This document shows positions 24,640 through 37,653 of a DNA stretch of 64,000 nucleotides, piece after piece (position 1 is the stretch's first letter; each line of letters begins with the position of its first letter). This DNA comes from Octopus bimaculoides (Eukaryota): the NCBI RefSeq assembly GCF_001194135.2, contig NC_068982.1, positions 98,463,469 to 98,527,468 of the forward strand, read 5' to 3'. The notes below the pieces were generated by a model. That model had not been told where the DNA came from, searched no databases, and saw only the letters and a program-made list of their open reading frames with translations. Position numbers and translations under genes: made by a program.

Positions 24640-24840
24640 AAGAGAAATGGAGAGATGGAAAATGAAGACGATGGGATTAGGAGAGGGAGGAGAGAGAGGG
24701 GGAGGCATGGAGGGAGAGACAGACAGATAAAGAGGTAGAGAGGGGGGGACAGATAGTGAGGTAGAGAGAGAGAGAGAGAGAGAGAGACTAAGAATAGAAA
24801 AAGCAGACAAAGGGAAACAGGAAAAGGAGTGAAAAAGCTA
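24640..24840. repeat. Purine-rich (GA)n/(GGA)n low-complexity tract
   Basis: Direct inspection. Confidence 0.8.
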
Positions 24841-25089
24841 GACAAAGAACGTTTATATACATACATATACACACACACTTATAGATGTGTGTATGGATGC
24901 ATACATACAAACACACATATGCATGCATACATATACACACACATGCTTACAAAAAAACATATCTACATACATAAAGACATGCATGCATCCATCCATCCAT
25001 CCATCCATACATACATACATACAAACATACATACTCATATCCGTATACATTTATACATAGTACAAATATACACATACATGTACACATAC

Positions 25090-25126
<37 letters not shown>

Positions 25127-25488
25127 NNNNNNNNNNNNNNNNNNNNNNNNNNNNNNNNNNNNNNNNNNNNNNNNNNNNNNNNNNNNNNNNNNNNNNNNNN
25201 NNNNNNNNNNNNNNNNNNNNNNNNNNNNNNNNNNNNNNNNNNNNNNNNNNNNNNNNNNNNNNNNNNNNNNNNNNNNNNNNNNNNNNNNNNNNNNNNNNNN
25301 NNNNNNNNNNNNNNNNNNNNNNNNNNNNNNNNNNNNNNNNNNNNNNNNNNNNNNNNNNNNNNNNNNNNNNNNNNNNNNNNNNNNNNNNNNNNNNNNNNNN
25401 NNNNNNNNNNNNNNNNNNNNNNNNNNNNNNNNNNNNNNNNNNNNNNNNNNNNNNNNNNNNNNNNNNNNNNNNNNNNNNNNNNNNNNNN

Positions 25489-25524
<36 letters not shown>

Positions 25525-25776
25525 ACATACATATATTTACACATGTCAGAAACGCGAACATACAGAGAGAAAAGGTGAGGTGTGTGTCCATTTTGGGTGG
25601 GGGGTAAGAAACACCGGGAAAGAACAATGTATACTCATACACTACAAAAGATTCTGTACCACCCAGGTACAAACATATAGAGGCAAAGACAGAGAACACA
25701 CACACACACACACACACACATGTACACGCATACACAATCTAGGCAAAGAGCACAGATACAGGAACAAAGAAAAGAT

Positions 25777-25825
<49 letters not shown>

Positions 25826-26467
25826 NNNNNNNNNNNNNNNNNNNNNNNNNNNNNNNNNNNNNNNNNNNNNNNNNNNNNNNNNNNNNNNNNNNNNNNNNNN
25901 NNNNNNNNNNNNNNNNNNNNNNNNNNNNNNNNNNNNNNNNNNNNNNNNNNNNNNNNNNNNNNNNNNNNNNNNNNNNNNNNNNNNNNNNNNNNNNNNNNNN
26001 NNNNNNNNNNNNNNNNNNNNNNNNNNNNNNNNNNNNNNNNNNNNNNNNNNNNNNNNNNNNNNNNNNNNNNNNNNNNNNNNNNNNNNNNNNNNNNNNNNNN
26101 NNNNNNNNNNNNNNNNNNNNNNNNNNNNNNNNNNNNNNNNNNNNNNNNNNNNNNNNNNNNNNNNNNNNNNNNNNNNNNNNNNNNNNNNNNNNNNNNNNNN
26201 NNNNNNNNNNNNNNNNNNNNNNNNNNNNNNNNNNNNNNNNNNNNNNNNNNNNNNNNNNNNNNNNNNNNNNNNNNNNNNNNNNNNNNNNNNNNNNNNNNNN
26301 NNNNNNNNNNNNNNNNNNNNNNNNNNNNNNNNNNNNNNNNNNNNNNNNNNNNNNNNNNNNNNNNNNNNNNNNNNNNNNNNNNNNNNNNNNNNNNNNNNNN
26401 NNNNNNNNNNNNNNNNNNNNNNNNNNNNNNNNNNNNNNNNNNNNNNNNNNNNNNNNNNNNNNNNNNN

Positions 26468-26531
<64 letters not shown>

Positions 26532-26558
26532 TAGATAGACAGACAGACAGACAGATAC

Positions 26559-26627
<69 letters not shown>
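26468..26627. repeat. (GATA)n/(GACA)n tetranucleotide microsatellite
   Basis: Direct repeat. Confidence 0.95.
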
Positions 26628-26628
<1 letters not shown>

Positions 26629-26907
26629 CGCGAGAGTGAAATCGTTAGACTTCTGTAACGGCGGTTATGGATTGCTTGAGAGAAAGTGAAGATGTTAGTT
26701 GTGGTGAAAATTCATTCACGTCTCCTGTGATGACTCACCTTTCTGCTGCTTCGCTTTACAACTTAATCATAGCTGGCGCACTCACGTACATATACATATA
26801 TATATGCGCACATACATGCATACATACAAACATACATACATACATACATACATACATACATGCATACACACATATGTACATGTGTGATGTGTGTGTGTGT
26901 GTGTGTA

Positions 26908-26946
<39 letters not shown>

Positions 26947-27432
26947 ACACCCAAACATTTGAATGCACGTATACATCCGTGCATTCACATAAATACGTGT
27001 TTGCATCCATATATATATATATATACACACACGCACACACNNNNNNNNNNNNNNNNNNNNNNNNNNNNNNNNNNNNNNNNNNNNNNNNNNNNNNNNNNNN
27101 NNNNNNNNNNNNNNNNNNNNNNNNNNNNNNNNNNNNNNNNNNNNNNNNNNNNNNNNNNNNNNNNNNNNNNNNNNNNNNNNNNNNNNNNNNNNNNNNNNNN
27201 NNNNNNNNNNNNNNNNNNNNNNNNNNNNNNNNNNNNNNNNNNNNNNNNNNNNNNNNNNNNNNNNNNNNNNNNNNNNNNNNNNNNNNNNNNNNNNNNNNNN
27301 NNNNNNNNNNNNNNNNNNNNNNNNNNNNNNNNNNNNNNNNNNNNNNNNNNNNNNNNNNNNNNNNNNNNNNNNNNNNNNNNNNNNNNNNNNNNNNNNNNNN
27401 NNNNNNNNNNNNNNNNNNNNNNNNNNNNNNNN

Positions 27433-27463
<31 letters not shown>

Positions 27464-27764
27464 AAAAAAGCTACATATTTACATAGTCATAAATTTATAA
27501 TTACGCACGTACACATCTACTCTCACAGGAGCGTTAACGCGCGCGCACTCACACACATGCACACTCGCACACACGCAGAGATACGCGTGCACATCTCACA
27601 CACACAGACACACACATGCACACACCCAAGACATGCATGCTGCAGAAGTTAGCCTTGCACAAATGTACTTTAGGAGACCCGAGTGTCGTGATAGTGGTGT
27701 TACTGGTTGAGAAAGAGTGTGTGTGAGAGAGAGATGTGCGATAGACGGGTGGATCAGAAGGTGT

Positions 27765-27771
27765 CATTGTT

Positions 27772-27809
<38 letters not shown>

Positions 27810-28060
27810 TACAGCAGCAGCAATAGTAGTAGTAGTAGTAGTAGTTGTTGTAGTAGTAGTAGTAGTAGTTAAAAAGAGGGGTGAAAGGGTGGAGGACAGC
27901 GGGAATAGAATGCTGATGATGGAAATGACAGTGTGGAAGAAGAAAAGGTAAAAAAAAACAAAAAACTAATAAACGCAACAATAGCAACATCAGTAAAAAC
28001 AATAGCAACAATGACAATAACATGAACTACTATTACTGCTGAAACTACTACTACTACTAT

Positions 28061-28120
<60 letters not shown>

Positions 28121-28773
28121 AGCTGCTGCTCCTGCAGAGAACCTATACTGCAATTGTGACAAGAATAGCAACAGCAATCAATGCAGCGAAATATTAGCAA
28201 CAATTAACCACAATGACTGCAACACCAATAATAGCAACAATACTGAAGCAATAAGCGGCATTCGCAACAGTAACAATAACATATACTGCGATAGCAGCAA
28301 CTTTGAGTACAAGGATTGCTAATTTGAGGGGAGTGGGTGAGTCGAAAGCAACGAGTTCGGAACTTGACAAGTAATTCCTGTGTTGACTTCAGTGGGACTT
28401 CCACTGAGAAGGAGTTTGAGCTGGGATAAATACCGCAAGGCATTTTGTCTGGGGTTCTAACGTGTAGCGGCATGAGCAACAAGAGTTGTATCAAAAACAA
28501 CAATAGCAACAATGATATTATCCACAATAGCAAGAGTGTCAATGACAACGATTACAGTCACCAACACCAGTAAGAACAAACTTAGTCATGGACAATAGCA
28601 ACAAGAATAACAATGACAACGACATTAATAGTTGTAGCTTTAACAGCAATTACAGTGACAGCAATGACAACGATTGCAACAATAGTAATCACAGCAATAA
28701 CGATAGCAACAAAAAAAACTACGATAGCAACATAAGGGACTATAGCAACCCAAATAACAATTTCAACAACCTC

Positions 28774-28851
<78 letters not shown>
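27765..28851. repeat. Mosaic trinucleotide field (TAG, CTA, CAA/CAG, TAA)
   Basis: Direct inspection. Confidence 0.9.
28305..28470 (-). mobile_element. SINE type D, highly decayed
   Basis: Residual GGGGAG..GAGTCGA and AAATACCGCAAGGCATTTTGTC..TCTAACG match the reverse complement of type D. Confidence 0.45.
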
Positions 28852-28982
28852 CTACTGACTTGTAATAAGATGCACCATCCAAAGGCAGGCGTGGATCGTC
28901 TTTACCTCCCCAGAGCTCAGGGAGGTCGAGGCTTGATCCAGCTTGAACTTACGTACAAAACCACCACAATCGGACTGGCCAA
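28852..28982 (+). mobile_element. 5'-truncated Dong/R4-like LINE, post-RT region (continues into gap)
   Basis: Directly after a pure (AAT)n run, it encodes LLTCNKMHHPKAGVDRLYLPRAQGGRGLIQLELTYKTTTIGLA, the HPKAxVDRLYLPRxxGGRGL motif of R4/Dong/NeSL-type elements. Confidence 0.85.
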
Positions 28983-30128
28983 NNNNNNNNNNNNNNNNNN
29001 NNNNNNNNNNNNNNNNNNNNNNNNNNNNNNNNNNNNNNNNNNNNNNNNNNNNNNNNNNNNNNNNNNNNNNNNNNNNNNNNNNNNNNNNNNNNNNNNNNNN
29101 NNNNNNNNNNNNNNNNNNNNNNNNNNNNNNNNNNNNNNNNNNNNNNNNNNNNNNNNNNNNNNNNNNNNNNNNNNNNNNNNNNNNNNNNNNNNNNNNNNNN
29201 NNNNNNNNNNNNNNNNNNNNNNNNNNNNNNNNNNNNNNNNNNNNNNNNNNNNNNNNNNNNNNNNNNNNNNNNNNNNNNNNNNNNNNNNNNNNNNNNNNNN
29301 NNNNNNNNNNNNNNNNNNNNNNNNNNNNNNNNNNNNNNNNNNNNNNNNNNNNNNNNNNNNNNNNNNNNNNNNNNNNNNNNNNNNNNNNNNNNNNNNNNNN
29401 NNNNNNNNNNNNNNNNNNNNNNNNNNNNNNNNNNNNNNNNNNNNNNNNNNNNNNNNNNNNNNNNNNNNNNNNNNNNNNNNNNNNNNNNNNNNNNNNNNNN
29501 NNNNNNNNNNNNNNNNNNNNNNNNNNNNNNNNNNNNNNNNNNNNNNNNNNNNNNNNNNNNNNNNNNNNNNNNNNNNNNNNNNNNNNNNNNNNNNNNNNNN
29601 NNNNNNNNNNNNNNNNNNNNNNNNNNNNNNNNNNNNNNNNNNNNNNNNNNNNNNNNNNNNNNNNNNNNNNNNNNNNNNNNNNNNNNNNNNNNNNNNNNNN
29701 NNNNNNNNNNNNNNNNNNNNNNNNNNNNNNNNNNNNNNNNNNNNNNNNNNNNNNNNNNNNNNNNNNNNNNNNNNNNNNNNNNNNNNNNNNNNNNNNNNNN
29801 NNNNNNNNNNNNNNNNNNNNNNNNNNNNNNNNNNNNNNNNNNNNNNNNNNNNNNNNNNNNNNNNNNNNNNNNNNNNNNNNNNNNNNNNNNNNNNNNNNNN
29901 NNNNNNNNNNNNNNNNNNNNNNNNNNNNNNNNNNNNNNNNNNNNNNNNNNNNNNNNNNNNNNNNNNNNNNNNNNNNNNNNNNTCTTAAATACATGTTTTA
30001 CCTATGAATTTGCGTGTGTAAATTGGGAATGCATACAACGTTTCTCTGCCCTAGGTGTACGGAAAACACTCGGCGAGAAATGGGAAAAAATTTGAAGAAA
30101 GAAGAAAAAAAAACATAATAATAATAAT

Positions 30129-30217
30129 CAATACAGTAACCATAAGAACACCACAGCAAACCACAGCACATACCGAAGGCGCACAGAGCTGCACTCGGTA
30201 GTGAAGTGAAAGCACGT
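30129..30217 (+). mobile_element. Extreme 3'-terminal fragment of a Dong/R4-like LINE inside (TAA)n
   Basis: Starts CAATACAGTAAC (same SIQ* stop context as the element at 2040-2340) and ends ..CTCGGTAGTGAAGTGAAAGCACGT. It is flanked by TAA repeats on both sides. Confidence 0.6.
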
Positions 30218-30228
30218 TAATAATAATA

Positions 30229-30272
<44 letters not shown>

Positions 30273-31306
30273 AATAATAGCAATAACAAAAACAACTTCA
30301 AAAATATCTACAACAACGTTAATAATTATGACGATACAAATCGTGGCAAAGACACCTGTAACATTAGCAACTGCCAACAAACAACCTTGTCATTAGCAAT
30401 GATCGCAAGAAGTAACATTTGCAATATTAACATCAACGATAGCAACCTTAAGAGAAACAACAACAATATCTCAATAACAACAGTAAGATTACCGCCAGGA
30501 GAAAGCCATAGCAACGACAACAACAATATAAATAATAATAATAATAACAATAGCAACTTAAGGAGCAGTAACAATAATATAAACATCAGCAGCGACACCA
30601 GCAATATTGATAACAGTAACGTTAGCAATCAGAAAATATCAACTATACCAACAAACAACAAACACAACAACAACAACAACAACAGCGTCAACTGTTACAA
30701 CAGCAGTAACAACAACTGCCGCAGTAGCATGTGTACCAACAGCAACGAGAGAAATTACTGCAGTAACCACAACAACAACAATGTCTGCGTCAGTGAAATG
30801 ATTGCACCAACAACTGCAGCAATCTCAACAACTGCAGTAGGTGGTGGTGGTGGTGGTGGTGGTAGGAGGGGGTAGGGGGGTAGGAAGAGCAATAAGGGCG
30901 ATGGGAATATAAACAAGTTGAGAAATAATAATAATAATAATAATGTCAATAATAACTGTATTGATGTATAATAACTGCAGCAGTAGAGACAACGTCGACA
31001 ACAGCAGCAACAGCATGATGAATAATAACAACATCATCATCAGCAGCAGCAGTAGCAGTAGCAGTAGCAGAAACAGCAACAGCAAAAACAAAAAACAAAA
31101 ACAGCAGCAGTAGCAACAACAACCACAGCAGCATAAATGTTAGCAAGCAACTGCAGCAACGGAAATAACAACAGCAGTGATTACAACTGCAGCAGGTTTT
31201 AACACCATTAACATCAACAGGTGCATCTGGAACAACAGCAAATAGTTGCAATGGGAGCAACTGCAGCAGCAGTAAGAACGTTAACAAAAGCAGCAGCAGC
31301 AGCAGC

Positions 31307-31338
<32 letters not shown>

Positions 31339-31385
31339 CAACAACAACAATAATAATAATAATAATAATAACAATAATAATAATG

Positions 31386-31443
<58 letters not shown>

Positions 31444-31489
31444 TGATGATGATGATGATGATCATGATGATAATAATAATAATAATAAC

Positions 31490-31545
<56 letters not shown>

Positions 31546-33414
31546 TTTCTACTAAAGGCACAAGGCCAGACATTTTTTGGGGGTGGGGCGGGTAAGTCGA
31601 TTACATCGACTCCAGTACTCAGCTGGTACTTATTTTTTATCGACCTCGAAAGAATGAAAGGCAAAGTCAACCTCAGCGGCATTTGAACTCGGAACATAAA
31701 CACGAACGAAACGCCAATAAGCGTTTTGCTCATCATGCAAACGATTCTGCCAGCTCTCGCTGCCTTAATAATGATGGTGATGATGATGATGATGGTGACG
31801 GTGACGACATTAACAGCCTCAGTAAAAACTGGAGCAGCCGCAGCAATGAGTACAACAGCAACTGCAGCAACAGCAGCAGCAGCATTAACGGCAACAAAAG
31901 GAACTGCAATAATAGAAAGTAAGCGAGGGGATCCCCTATAGTATTGCTTGACATGCTAGAAGCAGTAGCCAGTTCCCCCTGAAATCGTTTTTAGCAAAAG
32001 AAGTGTTACGCTGATCCTGAACAATTGTGGCTGACCTGGAGCAAAGTCACAACAATAATAATAACATGAACAAGAATAGCAAATAGAAGCAACTGCAGCA
32101 AGAACACAAAGTGCAACATCGGCAACAATGACAACAACATCACTGCCGCAAACAGCGACGGTAACATAGGAAACAAGAAGCACATTGCCAAGACTAACGT
32201 AGACAGTAACAACATCAACAATACAAACAAACAGCAACACCCGACATCGCTTGTACAACGACACCAGTGCCGCCACCTCCACCATCAACCACAGTAACGT
32301 CAGCGCCGATGCGGACACCAACGCCACCAGCGTCTCTAACATTAGTACAACAAGAAAAGCAAGTTCACAGTTACAAACAGCACCACCACCAATAATGACA
32401 ACAATAGCAACAGCAGCGACACCTACAGCAAGATTAACAGCATTGGCAATATTAAAACCGCCATCACCAGCATCATCAATCGCCAACACCAAGAACAAGA
32501 CCAACAATAAATATATCAACGCTACCAGCATTAACACCTTCACCGCCAACGTCAGCAAAGCCAACGCCGACATCAACGCCACCTATAGCAGCAGCAACAG
32601 CAGCAGCAGCAGCAGCAGCAGCACAACGTTGACACTACCAATACCGACATCAATATTACCGTCGTCACCAATAACAACAACATCAGCGACACCTGCATCA
32701 GCAGCAGCAGACAGCGCCGAGAAGTAGCAGAAGTCGAAGACGGACAACAACATTGCCTTGAGTGTCGGTGTGAGGAGAAGGTAATGTGTACTGTGAAAGG
32801 ACAGCATTATCGATTAGTAGCGCCTGTCTAGTGTGCCGTAGGTCCATGACTCACTCGGTGCTGGGTGAAATTGTTCACACTATTGCATTGGCCGTTCATC
32901 ACTACACACTTCGTCATCGCCTTCCTACTGTTGCTGCTGTCGCTGCTGCTGCTGCTGCTGCTGCAGCTGCTCCTGCTGTCGACGATGGTGCAGATGTTGT
33001 TGTTGTTGTTGTGTAAGTAGTGGTAGTGGTGGTGGCGGCGGCGGCGGCAGCGGATGTGGTTATTGGCGTTGGTTGGTAATGATGTTGCGAATGTTTAATC
33101 TGGCAAACATGGCTGCTGGTGGTGTTGCACAATTTTGTTTGTTACCCTTGCTGATTGTCGTTATTGTTGCTCTTGATGTAGGTATAGCTGGTAATATTGT
33201 TGTTAATGTTGCTATTGTAAATGGTGGTGGTGGTGGTGGTGGGGCAGTTATGAGATTTTTTTTTGATGATGCAGTGATGGCTGTCGTTAGTAGTGGCTGT
33301 AAATATTAATATATTATTATTATTAATTAAATATTATTATTATCATTGTCCTTTAATATTTTGATTTATATTAGCCCTTGTGGCCAATAAAAGAATTATT
33401 ATTATTATTATTAA

Positions 33415-33474
<60 letters not shown>

Positions 33475-33560
33475 CATCATTATTTCCCCTGGGCAGTTAA
33501 TGTCACAGAGCCTTCTTACACGCGCTGCTTGTTGTTGTTGTTGTTGTTGCTGCTTAGCCC
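30218..33560. repeat. Large degenerate trinucleotide mosaic (CAA/CAG/TAA/GAT, switching to CTG/TTG/TTA)
   Basis: Direct inspection. The overlapping poly-L/I/N/T ORFs are by-products. Confidence 0.9.
31543..31766 (-). mobile_element. SINE type D
   Basis: Reverse complement of the type D head, B box (GAGTTCAAAT), core (CTTTGCCTTTCATTCTTTCGAGGTCGAT) and CCTTGTGCCTTTAGTAGAAAT tail. Confidence 0.8.
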
Positions 33561-33784
33561 CCGGATAATTTTGATCCAATTGACACATAATCAAAGACAT
33601 TCAAAGCATAACCATCTGCTAGATGTTACATCTCAGGCTGCAGTTTCCAAGATATTTTTTCATTTTTAGGTGGCAGTAAGGTTTTCTTTAAGAGAGAATT
33701 TAGATGCTGTTCAAAGCAGGCCCATAGACCACTTGGAGGTCTATTTTAGTGTGGAGGTCTATGTTAGTGTGTTAGTGTAATGGA

Positions 33785-34163
33785 GTGGAGGCGCAATGGC
33801 CCAGTGGTTAGGGCAGCGGACTCGCGGTCATAGGATCGCGGTTTCGATTCCCAGACCGGGCGTTGTGAGTGTTCATTGAGCGAAAACACCTAAAGCTCCA
33901 CGAGGCTCCGGCAGGTGAACCCTGCTACTATACTCTTTCACCACAACTTTCTCTCACTTTTACTTCCTGTTTCTGTTGTGCCTGTAATTCAAAGGGTCAG
34001 CCTTGTGACACTGTGTCACGCTGAATATCCCCAAGAACTACGTTAAGGCTACACGTGTCTGTGGAGTGCTCAGCCACCTTCACGTTAATTTCACGAGCAA
34101 GCCGTTCCGTTGATCGGATCGACTGGAACCCTCGACGTCGTAAGCGACGGAGTGCCAACAACA
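33785..34163 (+). mobile_element. SINE type A (full length)
   Basis: High identity to the 8604 copy; (CAA)n tail; possible TSD TTAGTGTAA (33772-33780 / 34167-34175). Confidence 0.92.
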
Positions 34164-34679
34164 GTATTAGTGTAACAGTAGTGTGATAATGTAGTGATGA
34201 CTATGTTAATGTAGTAGTATCTATTGGCTTCGAAGTGCTTTAAAAAAATTAAAACACACACGCACGCACACACACAGACACCACACACACATACAACCAC
34301 ACATAAACACAGATACACGCACATGCTTTATTTTTAAAATACTACTTTTTTAAAAAGTATTTTTCAAATTACTAGTTTTAAAAATATTCGAAATATTATT
34401 TTAAATATTACTTTAAATTTTACTTCAACAACAATACAATTTCCTGAGGTCAGGTCTTAGAGTAGCTTCATTAGTATGAAGTTTAAGATGCTTGGAGTAT
34501 TTTCACCAGAGCTAGAAATGAAATGAAAAACGTGTATTGAAACAGTCGTTTTTGCACGTGTTGCTTGTACAATATTTAAAAATCATTATGATAAGCATAA
34601 TGTTACTTTCATGTAACATTCCAAAATACTAAATATTCAAGCAACAGATAATTGAAGAGAAAATTCTCTATAAAGTTTA

Positions 34680-35590
34680 TCTTACCCATCGTTTGGTTCC
34701 ATCTACTAAAAACTTTTCATTCTACATGTCAATAACGTATTTGATGTTATGCCCCCAAACGCTCGTTCTTTTGCTGATGATACCATGCCTTTCCTAACCT
34801 TCTGAATCTTAAACACCATCCACATGCAACTTAACATCTCACACCAAACTTGCACTGATTCTAGGAACAGAGTATTCAAATGTGTCGGCCAAAACATCGT
34901 GCTAATCTTGTCTCATTCAACAGCAAGAGCAGAAGCACTGCTTCTATCATGGAGAACTCTATCGTGCCTCTTCCACCTTAAACAAGAGACGTACACAACC
35001 AGAACCCTAGCAATCACTTCTAATGCCTCTTTACCACTGATGATCTCTTATGGCACACACGCATTCTTATCATAGCTAGGACCGCATATTAAAGCCTGGT
35101 CTTCGAGACCAGAAACTTAATTTAACCTTCCACGATTACAAACCTTCTACGAAGCTTCTGTATCGGGAACGCGGACGCTACCGCTACTGCTGTATGCACA
35201 GACATGTTGGATTGTATCCAGACGGATACAATTTAGGATGAATGTGTATGCAGACTGATTGAAATCAGTCTAAGGCCACTTGACTGATTGGCATAAAACC
35301 AATCACACACACGCTAGGTAAGCTATTTCTTTTCTGTGTCTTTTCTATCATCACTATAGTGGCCGCTGGTTGACATCATCTCACCTCTACTCAGATACCT
35401 GCAACTCATACGTCTCCACTCCTCTCACCCTGCATGTTGTGTCCACCCAAGCCTCTTTCTATCCACTATTCCTACTACCCCTTCCTCCCAAGAATGTTGG
35501 ATCTCGAGAATTCTCTCTCTCACATGTTTTCCCTGAAGTATTTGACTTGTAACAGTTTAAGTACAACGTTAACTGCATCAATCTTACCTG
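34680..35590 (+). mobile_element. Highly decayed CR1/Zenon-like LINE 3' portion
   Basis: FILHVNNVFDVMPPNARSFADDT (RT FADD motif at about 34769). The C-terminus reads ..SYYPFLPRMLDLENSL..HVFPEVFDL*QFKYNVNCINL, like CR1/Zenon SF(L)PRT..LWNSLP..VFP..NL..FK..VN. Confidence 0.65.
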
Positions 35591-36018
35591 TTTCAGAGTT
35601 TCTGCAAAAGCTCATGGATTATAACCTCTTCATCGAGACCTAATGAGTCACTTATTTGACTGAAAATCATGGCTTTTTAAAGATTACCACTTAAATATTT
35701 ACAAACATAGCCGAGTGCACAAATAATTTTAGGTAGAAATGAGCGTATATAAACTGTAGGTTTCTAAGCAGCTGTCTGTAAATTCATGATTTTAATTTTC
35801 AGGTTCAAGCAACTATAAAATGATTGTTGTGTTTGCAAATGGGTGGAATTTTGGTTGGAATGTTCTGCATATTCATTGAATTGATAACTTGCTATGTCTT
35901 CAGTAACAAAGGTACTCTTTCTATTTATCCTAGTGCAGTCTTTCCTCCGAGTGCAGCAACAGCATCATGGAGAATTTTAGGGTTCCACTCAATCTTTTGT
36001 TTCTTTTCTTTTAGATAC

Positions 36019-36052
<34 letters not shown>

Positions 36053-37653
36053 TGTATGTATGTATGTGTGTGTGTGTGTGCGTACGTACGTATCCTCATA
36101 ACATATAGACACAACGCTAACCAGAAGGTCTTGAAGAACATTGGTTACAATTCTGTGGGAATTGCTGGAAAGAAATGCCAATTCAAATGTGCCGTTGACC
36201 GATTCAAAGTAACTGTTTCTCGGGTAATTTTTACAAATTAATTGGTTTGTCGAGAACTTACAGAAACGATACAAAAAGAACTTCCTAGTTACACTGAGCA
36301 GTTACTGAATCAATATGAAGACAATTTACTGAGCATCTATTAGGAGAACAGTGTACATTGGGGTAACAGAGTTTTAAATACATCATAGTGATAACATTTT
36401 GCCAGCCCAATTAAATTTGTAGAGCCCAGTAAGTGATTTCAATTGTAGAGACACTTGGAAATCAACATTTACACCTGTCACTCACACGTGATGTGAAATA
36501 AGATTATGCTATCAGCAGTTTTCGTCTAAATCAGGGCTTCTCAAATTATTACTTGACACGGATCTTGTAGCAAAATTTAATTTTCATGCAGCTTCATACT
36601 AACCAAACCCCCCAAACATATTAAATCACAAGGCGTAACTAATTTACAAGTGTTTCATATAACGTGCATGAGAAAATATCAGAGAAACCATAAATACAGA
36701 CGCACCTTCAACATTAGACTGTTTTTGATGAGAAAAAGTTTGGTGAGCATTGAGAAGATCATGTACATAGGTTACAGGTTTGTGAGTTTGAGCTGCAAAA
36801 TCAATACGTTTTATGTTCAAAGTGTTCTTCCGTTTGCTTAATAAATATTGAACATGACTAAATCCAGTACGATATCTGGCAACTATTCTACTTGATCTAG
36901 CGAACTTTGTTCTCTTGATATAAAGGGAGTTTTAAAAGTAAAATAATACATTTACTCTGTGGACCCCTAAGTTTTTATTTGCCCCTTCTAAAATACTCTC
37001 ACCCTGGAGTCTATCTATATTGACCACTTTGAGCAGCTCCGGTTTAATTCAACGTGATCTACATCACCTGCGTATGTGCATGTGTGTGTGTGTGCATGTG
37101 CGCGCGCGCTCGTGCGTATGTGTCTGTGTGTCCGTGCACGTGTGCGTGTGTGCCTGTGTGTGCGCGCGCGCACAAAGCAAAAGCGGAAAACTAGTATACT
37201 TAATAATTACATAATTAAAAATATGTAAAATATTATATTCTGCTTTTCACAATGTGCTCAAGTGTTACGCTTTTAACAACGTCAACTATGGAATGAAATG
37301 AAAGACATAATCGAAATATTTGGCAACAGGAAACATGTAGGAGGAGCGTTACACATTCAATAACGTTAACTATGGAACGAAATCTGGGACATAATCAAAA
37401 TGTTTAACAAAGTGAAATAAATAAGAGCGTCACACAACCAACATCAACTATGGAACAACATCGAAAACATAATTCAAATTTTTTACATCATGAAACAATT
37501 TTAAGAAGATCTATATACTTCTATATCAAAATGAGAAGATAAACATTTATCAAATTTATAAAACGTGCAATTTCCACAGGTCTCGCTAGTTTATATTATT
37601 TGCTTAAAGAAACACTATAAATTAAGAATTATATCACAATACATACGTCTGGT

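Noticed and set aside
26733-26800. Perfect minus-strand donor AAG|GTGAGT (similar AG|GTAAGT sites near 48164 and 56000)
   Set aside because: There is no upstream acceptor or polypyrimidine tract, and the upstream sequence is microsatellite. Isolated consensus donors are expected by chance in 64 kb.
30326-33309. Many Ser/Thr/Asn/Leu/Ile-rich ORFs (mucin-like or membrane-like)
   Set aside because: They are translations of trinucleotide mosaics that overlap on both strands, with no domain motifs.
35803-35911. Plus-strand exon candidate (TTTTAATTTTCAG|G .. AAG|GTACTC)
   Set aside because: All three frames contain stops.
36533-37010. hAT/Charlie-type MITE starting CAGGGCTTCTCAAA
   Set aside because: No convincing matching right TIR or 8-bp TSD was found.
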